This document shows, in pieces, positions 26,590-34,821 of a stretch of DNA of 64,000 bases. Both the position numbers and the translations under genes were made by a program. The stretch is taken from positions 709,275-773,274 of the forward strand of contig OY761459.1 in NCBI GenBank assembly GCA_963664485.1, in the 5' to 3' direction. The first letter of the stretch is position 1; the number at the start of each line of letters is the position of its first letter. The DNA comes from Syntrophales bacterium (GTDB lineage: Bacteria > Desulfobacterota > Syntrophia > Syntrophales > UBA2210). The notes under the pieces are model-generated. The model saw only the letters and a program-made list of their open reading frames with translations. It had not been told where the DNA came from and searched no databases.

Positions 26590-27630
26590 ATGGAATCAAA
26601 TCTTTACATACCGAAGAAATATAAACCGTTACTGGATCTGAGCGAAACAGAAAAAGCTATCGGTCAGATCAAAACCTTTTTCCAGACTAATCTGTCTTTC
26701 GAACTGAATCTTATGCGCGTAACGGCTCCCTTGTTCGTCAGATCGGGCACGGGGATCAACGATGATCTTAACGGTATTGAAAAACCTGTCTCTTTCAAAG
26801 TAAAAGGAGCCGGCGATATGGGTGTCGAAATGGCACAATCCCTGGCGAAGTGGAAGCGTATGATGCTGGCTGATTACAGCGTAAAACAGGGCCATGGTTT
26901 ATGCGCAGACATGAATGCGGTAAGACCCGACGAGGTGCTCGATAACACGCATTCAATATATGTCGACCAGTGGGACTGGGAGCGGGTGATATCGGAAGAA
27001 GAACGAAACCTGGAATTTCTGAAGTGCATCGTCGGGAAGATATATGATGTCATACGGCGGACCGAAAAGTACATCTGTTACCGGCGCAATGTCATCGAAC
27101 CGATACTTCCCGAAGAAATAACCTTCATCCACAGCGAGGAACTGGAAGAAATGTATCCCGACCTTGAACCAAAGGAACGGGAAAACATGGCATGTAAGGA
27201 ATATGGAGCTATCTTCCTCATAGGAATCGGAGCGAAACTGAAAAACGGCAAGCCGCACGACGGCCGAGCCCCCGATTATGACGACTGGTCCACTCCCACC
27301 GCGAACGGGCGAAAAGGACTTAACGGAGACATCCTTGTGTACTACCCGGTCTTCGACTGCGCGTATGAACTCTCCTCCATGGGAATCCGTGTAGATCCCA
27401 ACACCCTTCTTAAACAACTGGAGATCACCGGCAACATGGAAAGACGGGACCTTTTCTTTCACCAGCGTCTGCTCAAAGGGGAACTCCCCCTGTCTATCGG
27501 AGGAGGCATAGGCCAGTCAAGACTTTGCATGTTTTACCTCAGAAAGGCGCATATAGGCGAAATACAGGCCAGTATATGGCCCGAAGACATGATTAAAAAA
27601 TGTCTCAAGAACAAAATCTTTTTACTGTAA
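26590..27630 (+). CDS. asnA: Aspartate--ammonia ligase (asparagine synthetase A)
   Basis: ..SLAKWKR.., ..HSIYVDQWDWERVI.., ..APDYDDWSTP..GLNGDILV.., ..ELSSMGIRVD.. and ..GGGIGQSRL.. are near-identical to the conserved AsnA blocks. Confidence 0.93.
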   Translation: MESNLYIPKKYKPLLDLSETEKAIGQIKTFFQTNLSFELNLMRVTAPLFVRSGTGINDDLNGIEKPVSFKVKGAGDMGVEMAQSLAKWKRMMLADYSVKQGHGLCADMNAVRPDEVLDNTHSIYVDQWDWERVISEEERNLEFLKCIVGKIYDVIRRTEKYICYRRNVIEPILPEEITFIHSEELEEMYPDLEPKERENMACKEYGAIFLIGIGAKLKNGKPHDGRAPDYDDWSTPTANGRKGLNGDILVYYPVFDCAYELSSMGIRVDPNTLLKQLEITGNMERRDLFFHQRLLKGELPLSIGGGIGQSRLCMFYLRKAHIGEIQASIWPEDMIKKCLKNKIFLL

Positions 27631-27645
27631 GAGGACCAGTGGACA

Positions 27646-29028
27646 ATGAAACGCACAAAGATATTCAAACTGCTGGAATCGGACTCACCTGTCGATTCGA
27701 TCTTGATCAAGGGATGGGTTAAGACCAGACGTGATTCAAAGGGTTTTTCCTTTATAGAGGTCAACGACGGATCATGCCTTGCGAATATTCAGGTCATCGC
27801 GGATCAACAACTGACCAACTACAACGAAATTCTGAAGCTTTCGACAGGATCCGCAGTGACCGTGACCGGTAATCTTCTTGCATCGAAGGGTAAAGGGCAG
27901 AAATGGGAGATACAGGCAGACAACATGGAGATAATCAGTATTGCGCCGGAGTCATACCCTCTGCAGAAGAAACGTCACAGCGATGAGTTTCTGCGTACCA
28001 TCGCGCACCTCAGACCCCGGACAAACAAGTACGGGGCTGCTTTCCGCATCAGATCGGAACTGTCATACGCCATACATACATTTTTCAAAGAACGTGCCTT
28101 TACCTATATTCACACTCCCATCGTAACTGCATCCGATTGCGAAGGAGCCGGAGAGATGTTCAGAGTAACAACGCTGGATCCGGATAATCTTCCTAGAACA
28201 GATGGAGTAGCGGACTACTCTCAGGATTTCTTCGGCAGGCAGGCAAACCTGACCGTGTCAGGGCAACTCGAGGCGGAACTGTTCGCGCTGGCACTGGGCG
28301 ATGTGTATACTTTCGGACCCACCTTCAGGGCGGAAAATTCGAACACGCGCAGGCATGCCGCGGAATTCTGGATGGTAGAACCGGAGATGGCGTTCTGCGA
28401 TCTTGAAGGCGATATGGACCTCGGAGAAGAAATGGTCAAATATCTGGTTACGTACGCGATGGACAAATGCAGCGCCGATCTTGAGCTCTTTGCCAAGTTT
28501 GTGGATAAAAACCTGATGAAAACTCTGGAAAACATCGCCTTATCCAACTTCGTAAGGCTTCCATACCGGGAAGCAATGGACATACTAAGCAGGGTCAAAG
28601 ACAAATTCGACTATGATGTGGGATTCGGGAAAGACCTTCAGTCCGAGCATGAACACTACCTGACCGAACAGCACTTCAAAAAACCGGTGATCGTTCACGA
28701 CTATCCCTCAACAATAAAACCCTTTTACATGAGGGTGAGTCCCGACGGGGAAACCGTTGCTGCCATGGATGTGCTTGTGCCGAGCATCGGGGAGATAATC
28801 GGCGGGAGCCAACGCGAAGAACGTCTCGACATCCTGGAGGCGAGGATGGATGAAGCGGGACTGTTAAAAGACAATTACTGGTGGTATATGGATTCCAGAA
28901 GATTCGGGGGAGTTCCTCACAGTGGTTTCGGCTTGGGATTCGAACGGCTGATCATGCTGATCACCGGCATATCCAATATAAGGGATGTCATACCATTCCC
29001 CCGCACACCCAGCAACATAGAATTCTGA
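27646..29028 (+). CDS. asnS: Asparagine--tRNA ligase
   Basis: N-terminal OB fold (GWVKTRRDSKGFSFIEVNDGS). Class II motifs ..FRAENSNTRRHAAEFWMVEPE.. and ..GFGLGFERLIM... Confidence 0.93.
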   Translation: MKRTKIFKLLESDSPVDSILIKGWVKTRRDSKGFSFIEVNDGSCLANIQVIADQQLTNYNEILKLSTGSAVTVTGNLLASKGKGQKWEIQADNMEIISIAPESYPLQKKRHSDEFLRTIAHLRPRTNKYGAAFRIRSELSYAIHTFFKERAFTYIHTPIVTASDCEGAGEMFRVTTLDPDNLPRTDGVADYSQDFFGRQANLTVSGQLEAELFALALGDVYTFGPTFRAENSNTRRHAAEFWMVEPEMAFCDLEGDMDLGEEMVKYLVTYAMDKCSADLELFAKFVDKNLMKTLENIALSNFVRLPYREAMDILSRVKDKFDYDVGFGKDLQSEHEHYLTEQHFKKPVIVHDYPSTIKPFYMRVSPDGETVAAMDVLVPSIGEIIGGSQREERLDILEARMDEAGLLKDNYWWYMDSRRFGGVPHSGFGLGFERLIMLITGISNIRDVIPFPRTPSNIEF

Positions 29029-29053
29029 ACCGGTGGCAGGAAAGGAAACTAGC

Positions 29054-30658
29054 ATGATTACAATAACCTGTATGGGAGCGGCAGGAACCGTGACGGGATC
29101 GAACTATCTCATCGAAGATTCCCTCGGCAAGAAAATACTGCTGGACTGCGGCCTTTTCCAGGGGGGAAAACAGACCGAATGGCGCAACTGGGCGGACTGG
29201 GGATTCGATCCCCGCGAAATAAACACCCTCCTGCTGACCCACGCGCATATCGACCACAGCGGCAGGATTCCCAAGCTTGTCAAAGACGGTTTCCACGGAA
29301 AGATTATTACATCTCCGCCTACAGTGGAGCTGTGCGAAATAATGCTCCTGGACTCAGGGCATGTACAGGAAATGGAAGCGGAGTGGCAGACACGCAAGAA
29401 CAAGCGAAAAGGTAATAAAAAGAGCCTCCAGGCGCTCTATACGCTCGATGACGCCCAGGCAAGCCTTCGCTATCTTTCACCGGTGGAACGGGATCAGATA
29501 ATCGACATAGAACCGGGGATGAAAACACGTTTCAGGAATGCGGGACACATCCTCGGCTCGTCAATCATAGAACTGTGGATAGAAGATGCCGGAACGGAGA
29601 TAAAGATTGTTTTCTCGGGAGATATCGGAAAAAACAGCCAGCTAATCGTTAAAGACCCTTCAGTGATCGAAGATGCCGACTATCTCTTCATAGAATCGAC
29701 ATATGGAAACCGCCTGCATCGTTCTTTCGAGGACAGCGAGGTGGAACTCCTTGAAGCTATTGAGTATGCCACATCAAACAATGAGAAAGTGGTTATCCCG
29801 GCATTTGCGGTGGAGAGAACACAGGAAATACTGTACATCCTGGGAGAATTTCAGCGGGATGGGTCCCTGCCCGACATACCGATCTATCTCGACAGCCCGC
29901 TCGCGATCAAAGCTACCGAGATATTTCGTAAAAATAAAAAATACTATGATGAAGAGGCAATGGCCATCGTTAACCAGGGGTTTGATCCCTTCGACATGCC
30001 GAACCTGAAATTCACGCTCACTACGGAAGAATCCATTGAGATCAATAAGCGGGAAGGTTCGGCAATCGTCATAGCGGGGAGCGGCATGTGCACTGCGGGG
30101 CGGATCAAGCACCACCTCAAGCATAACGTATGGCGCCCGGGGGCCAGTATTGTTATCGTGGGATTCCAGGCCATGGGAACAACAGGAAGAAGAATCGTGG
30201 ACGGAGAAAAGCGGGTCAGGTTATTCGGGGAAGATATCGCCGTGGCGGCAAAGGTCTTTACAATAGGCGGCTTCTCGGCACACGCCGATCAGAAAGGGCT
30301 GCTCGAGTGGGCGGGGCACTTTGCCGAATCAAAACCCCAGGTCTTTGTGACCCACGGCGAACCGACGGCCAGCGAAACCCTCGCGACCAGGATCAAAGAA
30401 GATCTCAACATGGAAGCCTATGTTCCCCGGCTCAGAGAGTCTCTGATACTCGAACCCAAGAGAATGACAAGCACTATGGCGGCTCCCGAGGCGGCACCGG
30501 CAGACCTGCGGCAAGTCATGGGGGACACTATCATCAGCCTGGAGAAAGAACTGGAAGCCGCCAGGAAAAGGCTGGCCGAACGTAGCGGCGTTATCCGGGA
30601 ATCCGATATAGACCGGCTGAAAGAGATCGAGGACGATCTGCGTATGATTTTGCCGTAA
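29054..30658 (+). CDS. MBL-fold beta-CASP family nuclease (RNA-metabolising metallo-beta-lactamase)
   Basis: ..LLTHAHIDHSGRIPKL.. (HxHxDH motif), then beta-CASP region motifs and the C-terminal ..GFSAHADQ... I prefer the ATG at 29054 (MITITCMGAAG), which follows AAGGAAA. The tracked ORF begins at 29033. Confidence 0.85.
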   Translation: MITITCMGAAGTVTGSNYLIEDSLGKKILLDCGLFQGGKQTEWRNWADWGFDPREINTLLLTHAHIDHSGRIPKLVKDGFHGKIITSPPTVELCEIMLLDSGHVQEMEAEWQTRKNKRKGNKKSLQALYTLDDAQASLRYLSPVERDQIIDIEPGMKTRFRNAGHILGSSIIELWIEDAGTEIKIVFSGDIGKNSQLIVKDPSVIEDADYLFIESTYGNRLHRSFEDSEVELLEAIEYATSNNEKVVIPAFAVERTQEILYILGEFQRDGSLPDIPIYLDSPLAIKATEIFRKNKKYYDEEAMAIVNQGFDPFDMPNLKFTLTTEESIEINKREGSAIVIAGSGMCTAGRIKHHLKHNVWRPGASIVIVGFQAMGTTGRRIVDGEKRVRLFGEDIAVAAKVFTIGGFSAHADQKGLLEWAGHFAESKPQVFVTHGEPTASETLATRIKEDLNMEAYVPRLRESLILEPKRMTSTMAAPEAAPADLRQVMGDTIISLEKELEAARKRLAERSGVIRESDIDRLKEIEDDLRMILP

Positions 30659-30979
30659 CAGTGATTCACAGAAGCGGTTCGGTTTTTCTCCAGGGCAGCC
30701 ACGTGTTAACAGATGATCGCCGGAAACGATCTGGATCACCCCTTCCTATCAAATCGATCCGGATTACGAACCGCGGTTTCACGACAGCGCGCGTCTCGCC
30801 CCCCCTCAGACCGGATCGATCATGTTCCAGCCTATCAATTATCTCTATAATCACCCCGGATTTTATAGCTTATTTGAATTTGACCAATCGGTTGTTTTTT
30901 CGTAGTGTCCTTTCATATATAAAACTTTCACGGACCGGAAAAGCCATGGTCACGGAAAACGAGTACCAGGGTTAATTAT

Positions 30980-32152
30980 ATGCGAGATATAATCTACATG
31001 GATAACGCCGCCACCTCATGGCCGAAACCCGGGGAAACCATCAGGGCAATGGAGGAGTATTTTCACTCGATCGGGGCAAGTCCGGGAAGATCGGGACATA
31101 GCATGTCTCTGGACGCCGGGCGGATCATCCTCGACGCGAGGGAAGCCGTCTCGGAACTTTTCGGAATAGAGAATCTTCTCAGAGTCGCTTTTACCAAGAA
31201 TGCTACAGAGTCTCTCAATATAGCCATTTCAGGCCTTTTGAAGCCCGGAGATCATGTGATCACATCTTCCATGGAACATAATTCGGTAATGCGCCCGCTG
31301 CGGCTTATGGAGAAAAGAGGGGTGGAGCTGTCTGTCATGCCCTGTTCATCCTCAGGCGAGATGGACCCGGAAGATATCGCCCGTAACATAAAGAAAAAGA
31401 CTAAAGCAATCTATCTTACCCATGCCTCCAACGTTACGGGCACGATCATGCCCATTTCCGAAACAGGAAAAATCGCCCGTGAAAGAGGAGTGATATTTTG
31501 CGTAGATGCGGCACAGACCGCGGGTGTTATTCCTATAAATGTTGAGGAAATGTCTGTGGATATTCTCGTATTCACCGGCCACAAGTCCCTCTTCGGCCCC
31601 CAGGGGACGGGTGGCATCTACATAGCCAGGGGGCTGGAAAAAGAAATCGATCCCATAATGACAGGAGGCACAGGCAGCAGATCCGAGTGGGAAGAACATC
31701 CTGATTTTCTTCCCGACAAATACGAAGCAGGGACAGCGAATATCATAGGAATTGCCGGACTCAACGCAGGTATCCGGTTCATCCGTTCCGTCGGGATGGA
31801 AATCATACGTGAGAAAGAGGCGTCGCTGACCGCGATGCTTTTGGAAGGTCTCAAATCCATCCCCGGCGTTATCCTGTACGGGTGCACGGATGCGGAGAAA
31901 CAAACGGCTGTTGTGTCTTTCAATATATCGGGATTGGATGCCTCCCAGGTTGCCATGGCCCTCGATGAAGAATTTAATATCATGTCAAGACCGGGGCTGC
32001 AGTGTGCGCCTGCGGCTCACAAGACTATCGGGACCTTTTCAGCGGGAACGGTGAGACTCAGTCTGGGATATTTCCTTGAGAAAAACGATGTTCAATCCGC
32101 CCTTATCGCAGTGGAAAAACTTACCCAAAGAAAAAAAGGGGATTTTTTATGA
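30980..32152 (+). CDS. Class-V aminotransferase / cysteine desulfurase family (selenocysteine-lyase-like)
   Basis: ..IYMDNAATSWPKP.., ..TGHKSLFGPQGTGG.. (PLP-lysine region) and ..RPGLQCAP.. (active-site Cys loop). Confidence 0.8.
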   Translation: MRDIIYMDNAATSWPKPGETIRAMEEYFHSIGASPGRSGHSMSLDAGRIILDAREAVSELFGIENLLRVAFTKNATESLNIAISGLLKPGDHVITSSMEHNSVMRPLRLMEKRGVELSVMPCSSSGEMDPEDIARNIKKKTKAIYLTHASNVTGTIMPISETGKIARERGVIFCVDAAQTAGVIPINVEEMSVDILVFTGHKSLFGPQGTGGIYIARGLEKEIDPIMTGGTGSRSEWEEHPDFLPDKYEAGTANIIGIAGLNAGIRFIRSVGMEIIREKEASLTAMLLEGLKSIPGVILYGCTDAEKQTAVVSFNISGLDASQVAMALDEEFNIMSRPGLQCAPAAHKTIGTFSAGTVRLSLGYFLEKNDVQSALIAVEKLTQRKKGDFL

Positions 32153-32730
32153 AAAAAGAAATAGATGCCAGAGGGCTCGCATGCCCTCAGCCGGTGCTCA
32201 TGACGAAAAAAGCAATCGAAGAGGGCGTTGACTGTGTTGTAATCGTCGATAACGAAGCCGCCAGGGATAATGTGTGCCGGATGGCGAAAAGCCAGGGGTG
32301 TAAAGCGGACGTCGAGGCAAGGGAAGACGATTTCTGCATCAGCATCACACAGGGTAACAACCGGGAAGAAGAAAAAACCGCAGTAACATCCACCGGTCCC
32401 CTGGTTGTCGTATTGCCTTATAACCGCATGGGACACGGAGACGATACGCTGGGAGACATCCTGATAAGGGGATTTTTCCATACATTGGGTGAAATTTCAC
32501 CGAGACCTGATGTTCTGATATTTTTCAATTCGGGAGTAAAGCTCACAACGGAGGGGTCCGAGGTGCTCAAAGACATTCAAACCCTGGAAGATTCAGGAAT
32601 CAGCATTCTGGTATGCGGAACCTGTCTCGACTTTTTCGGGCTCAAGGAAAAAATCCGGGCAGGTATAATATCGAACATGTACGATATCGCGGAAACCATG
32701 CTGTCAGCAGGCAAGGTTGTCAGAATATGA
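32149..32730 (+). CDS. yedF: YedF-type sulfurtransferase-like selenium metabolism protein (SirA/TusA-like N-domain + DsrE-like C-domain)
   Basis: ..IDARGLACPQPVLMTKKAI.. is the TusA/SirA CPxP motif. The C-terminal ..VLIFFNSGVKL...ILVCGTCLDFFGL.. resembles a DsrE-like fold. An ATGA start/stop overlap links it to the upstream gene. Confidence 0.8.
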   Translation: MKKEIDARGLACPQPVLMTKKAIEEGVDCVVIVDNEAARDNVCRMAKSQGCKADVEAREDDFCISITQGNNREEEKTAVTSTGPLVVVLPYNRMGHGDDTLGDILIRGFFHTLGEISPRPDVLIFFNSGVKLTTEGSEVLKDIQTLEDSGISILVCGTCLDFFGLKEKIRAGIISNMYDIAETMLSAGKVVRI

Positions 32731-32957
32731 CCGATATGAAAGGTTGTCTTATCCTTCTTTTCGACTCGACAAGCGAAGCGCTGCTTGCCGAGAAACTCTT
32801 GAAAAGAGCGGAGATTCCTTACAAAATGATTCCCGTGCCGCGTCATATCAGTTCGGATTGCGGTGTCTGCATACGGTTCTTCGCCCCCGACAGAGAACAC
32901 GTTTGCGACATTCTCGACGGCAAAGTGGATATTCGAGACATCCGTGCCATCGATTAG
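32727..32957 (+). CDS. DUF3343-like small protein (putative Se/S carrier commonly next to yedF)
   Basis: 76 aa: MTDMKGCLILLFDSTSEALLAEKLLKRAEIPYKMIPVPRHISSDCGVCIRF... An ATGA overlap links it to yedF. The tracked ORF 32613..32957 has a spurious 5' extension. Confidence 0.65.
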   Translation: MTDMKGCLILLFDSTSEALLAEKLLKRAEIPYKMIPVPRHISSDCGVCIRFFAPDREHVCDILDGKVDIRDIRAID

Positions 32958-33344
32958 CCCTTTCCATTGCATTACAATCCGGCGGCGTTATTACTACGGC
33001 AACAATATATTTCAAAGCCGGCATTCCGGCAAAAGCCGGGGCTGGATGCCCCCGTACTCAATACGTTAGAATCCGGGAACTGCCTTATAACACTGGATTC
33101 CGTGTTGTGCTTCGCGTGCACGGAATGACATATTGGTCCGGGTGACATTCGATATGTTTTAATTGCCGCGGTAATATGACAGCAGTTCCTTGGACCCTCG
33201 GCCCCTTGGACCCTTGAACCCTGCCTTTAACCTCCTTAATTCCCGTACTAATAATCCACCCTCGACGAATGATTATAAGCCTTGAGCGCACGGTTCGATA
33301 CACAGAATCGGGGACTTTCTTTTACAGCGGCCGCCTGTTTTGCA

Positions 33345-33373
33345 TTGACATTGGCGGGATATTGTTCTATCAA
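33345..33373 (+). promoter_or_regulatory. Candidate sigma70 promoter for fabD
   Basis: TTGACA (33345-33350), 17-nt spacer, TATCAA (33368-33373). It lies about 50 nt upstream of the fabD ATG, which has a GAGGAGG ribosome-binding site. Confidence 0.45.
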
Positions 33374-33421
33374 TGCCGGTCGTTATTAAATAACGTTAAT
33401 TTTAACATGAGGAGGTAAATT

Positions 33422-34348
33422 ATGGCTAAATATGCGTTTCTGTTTCCGGGTCAGGGATCCCAGTATGTGGGGATGGGAAAAGACCTTAAAGATAATTTCA
33501 AGGTAGCCGCCGATGTATTCGCGGAAGCCGATGAAGCTCTGGGTGAAAGCTTATCCAAACTTTGTTTTGAGGGTCCGGAAGATGATCTTAAATTGACGAT
33601 GAACACACAGCCTGCCATTCTGACGGTCAGTGTCGCGGCGTTGCGTGTCTTGCAGCAGGAAAGCAATATTACCCCTGAAGTAGTAGCCGGTCACAGCCTG
33701 GGCGAATTCAGCGCCCTGGTAGCTTCAGGAACCCTGAAATTCGCTGATGCGGTTCGCATCGTGCGCAAAAGAGGCACGTTCATGCAGGAAGCCGTTCCTG
33801 TAGGAGTCGGTGGTATGGCAGCCGTTCTGGGAATGGATACCGCCGCGGTTGAGAAAATATGCGAAGAAAGCGCTCAGGGACAGTTTGTAGCCCCGGCCAA
33901 TTATAACGCCCCGGGACAGATCGTCATTTCCGGTCATACGGAAGCGGTTAAACGGGCCGCCGAGAAGGCCGAAGCCGAAGGCGCCAAGCGGGTCGTAATA
34001 TTGGCAGTCAGCGCTCCGTTCCACAGCAAGCTCATGAAACCGGCCGCCGACCGGCTGGGCGAAGCCCTGAAATCCATCGAGATCGGAGACTTGGATATAC
34101 CCGTATTGTCCAACGTCGAAGCCGACTTCTATCCGTCAAAAGACGCGGTAAGACAGCTCCTGACTCAGCAGGTCAACAATCCGGTAAGATGGATCGAGGA
34201 AATGGAAAAAATGATGCAGGCCGGAATCGACAACGCTCTGGAGCTCGGCCCCGGAAAGGTACTGTGCGGCCTTATGAGAAAAATCAGTCGAGATGTCAGT
34301 ATGAAAAATATCGGGGACATGGAATCTCTCAAAGACGCGCTTGCATAA
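33422..34348 (+). CDS. fabD: Malonyl-CoA:ACP transacylase
   Basis: ..FLFPGQGSQYVGMG.., ..AGHSLGEFSAL.. (active-site Ser) and ..VSAPFHS... Confidence 0.93.
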   Translation: MAKYAFLFPGQGSQYVGMGKDLKDNFKVAADVFAEADEALGESLSKLCFEGPEDDLKLTMNTQPAILTVSVAALRVLQQESNITPEVVAGHSLGEFSALVASGTLKFADAVRIVRKRGTFMQEAVPVGVGGMAAVLGMDTAAVEKICEESAQGQFVAPANYNAPGQIVISGHTEAVKRAAEKAEAEGAKRVVILAVSAPFHSKLMKPAADRLGEALKSIEIGDLDIPVLSNVEADFYPSKDAVRQLLTQQVNNPVRWIEEMEKMMQAGIDNALELGPGKVLCGLMRKISRDVSMKNIGDMESLKDALA

Positions 34349-34394
34349 TCAGCGAATTTCGAGAGGTTCTAAGCACGCACATCATCAGTAATTG

Positions 34395-34428
34395 AAAAGG
34401 GGCAGGTCCTTAAGGACCTGCCCCTTTT
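34395..34428. terminator. Bidirectional rho-independent terminator between the convergent fabD and carrier-protein genes
   Basis: AAAAGGGGCAGGTCC-ttaa-GGACCTGCCCCTTTT is a perfect 15-bp stem with A and T tracts on its two sides. Confidence 0.85.
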
Positions 34429-34454
34429 GCAACTCTTCATGCTAATGAAACAGC

Positions 34455-34694
34455 TTAGGCAAGCGCCCTTTCTACCATATCAATAGCGTCATTCAGGGTT
34501 TTCACTCCATCAGTCTCATCTTCGTCAAGCATCAAGTCCCATTCATCTTCGATCATGGTAAATAGTTCGAGGCGACCGGAAGAGTTCAGTCCCTGATTAA
34601 CGAGAGAGGCTTCAGGATCAATCTGTGCGTCCTTCTTGGCCAACGCTTTTCTCACGAAGGCCAATACCTTATCGGCAATTTCCTGTCTTTCCAT
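34455..34694 (-). CDS. Small acyl/peptidyl carrier protein-like protein (atypical Ser motif)
   Basis: 79 aa, acidic, four-helix-like. ..LVNQGLNSSGRLELFTMIEDEW.. aligns with the ACP DLGLDSLDTVEL region, with Ser retained at the phosphopantetheine position. Confidence 0.6.
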   Translation of the reverse strand: MERQEIADKVLAFVRKALAKKDAQIDPEASLVNQGLNSSGRLELFTMIEDEWDLMLDEDETDGVKTLNDAIDMVERALA

Positions 34695-34821
34695 TTATGA
34701 TCTCCTATTCTCATTAATATGCAAAAGCAAACAATCGCACGACTACCCGGCGAACTCCCGGTGCCGTTTAACTATGATACTTTCGGATACAGCATCTCCG
34801 GCATACATGCCGACCGGATAG

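Noticed and set aside
33085-33303. A 72-aa minus-strand ORF upstream of fabD.
   Set aside because: Its sequence (..VQGSKGPRVQGT..) is simply the translation of the CCTTGGACCCT repeats. It has no ribosome-binding site and no start context.
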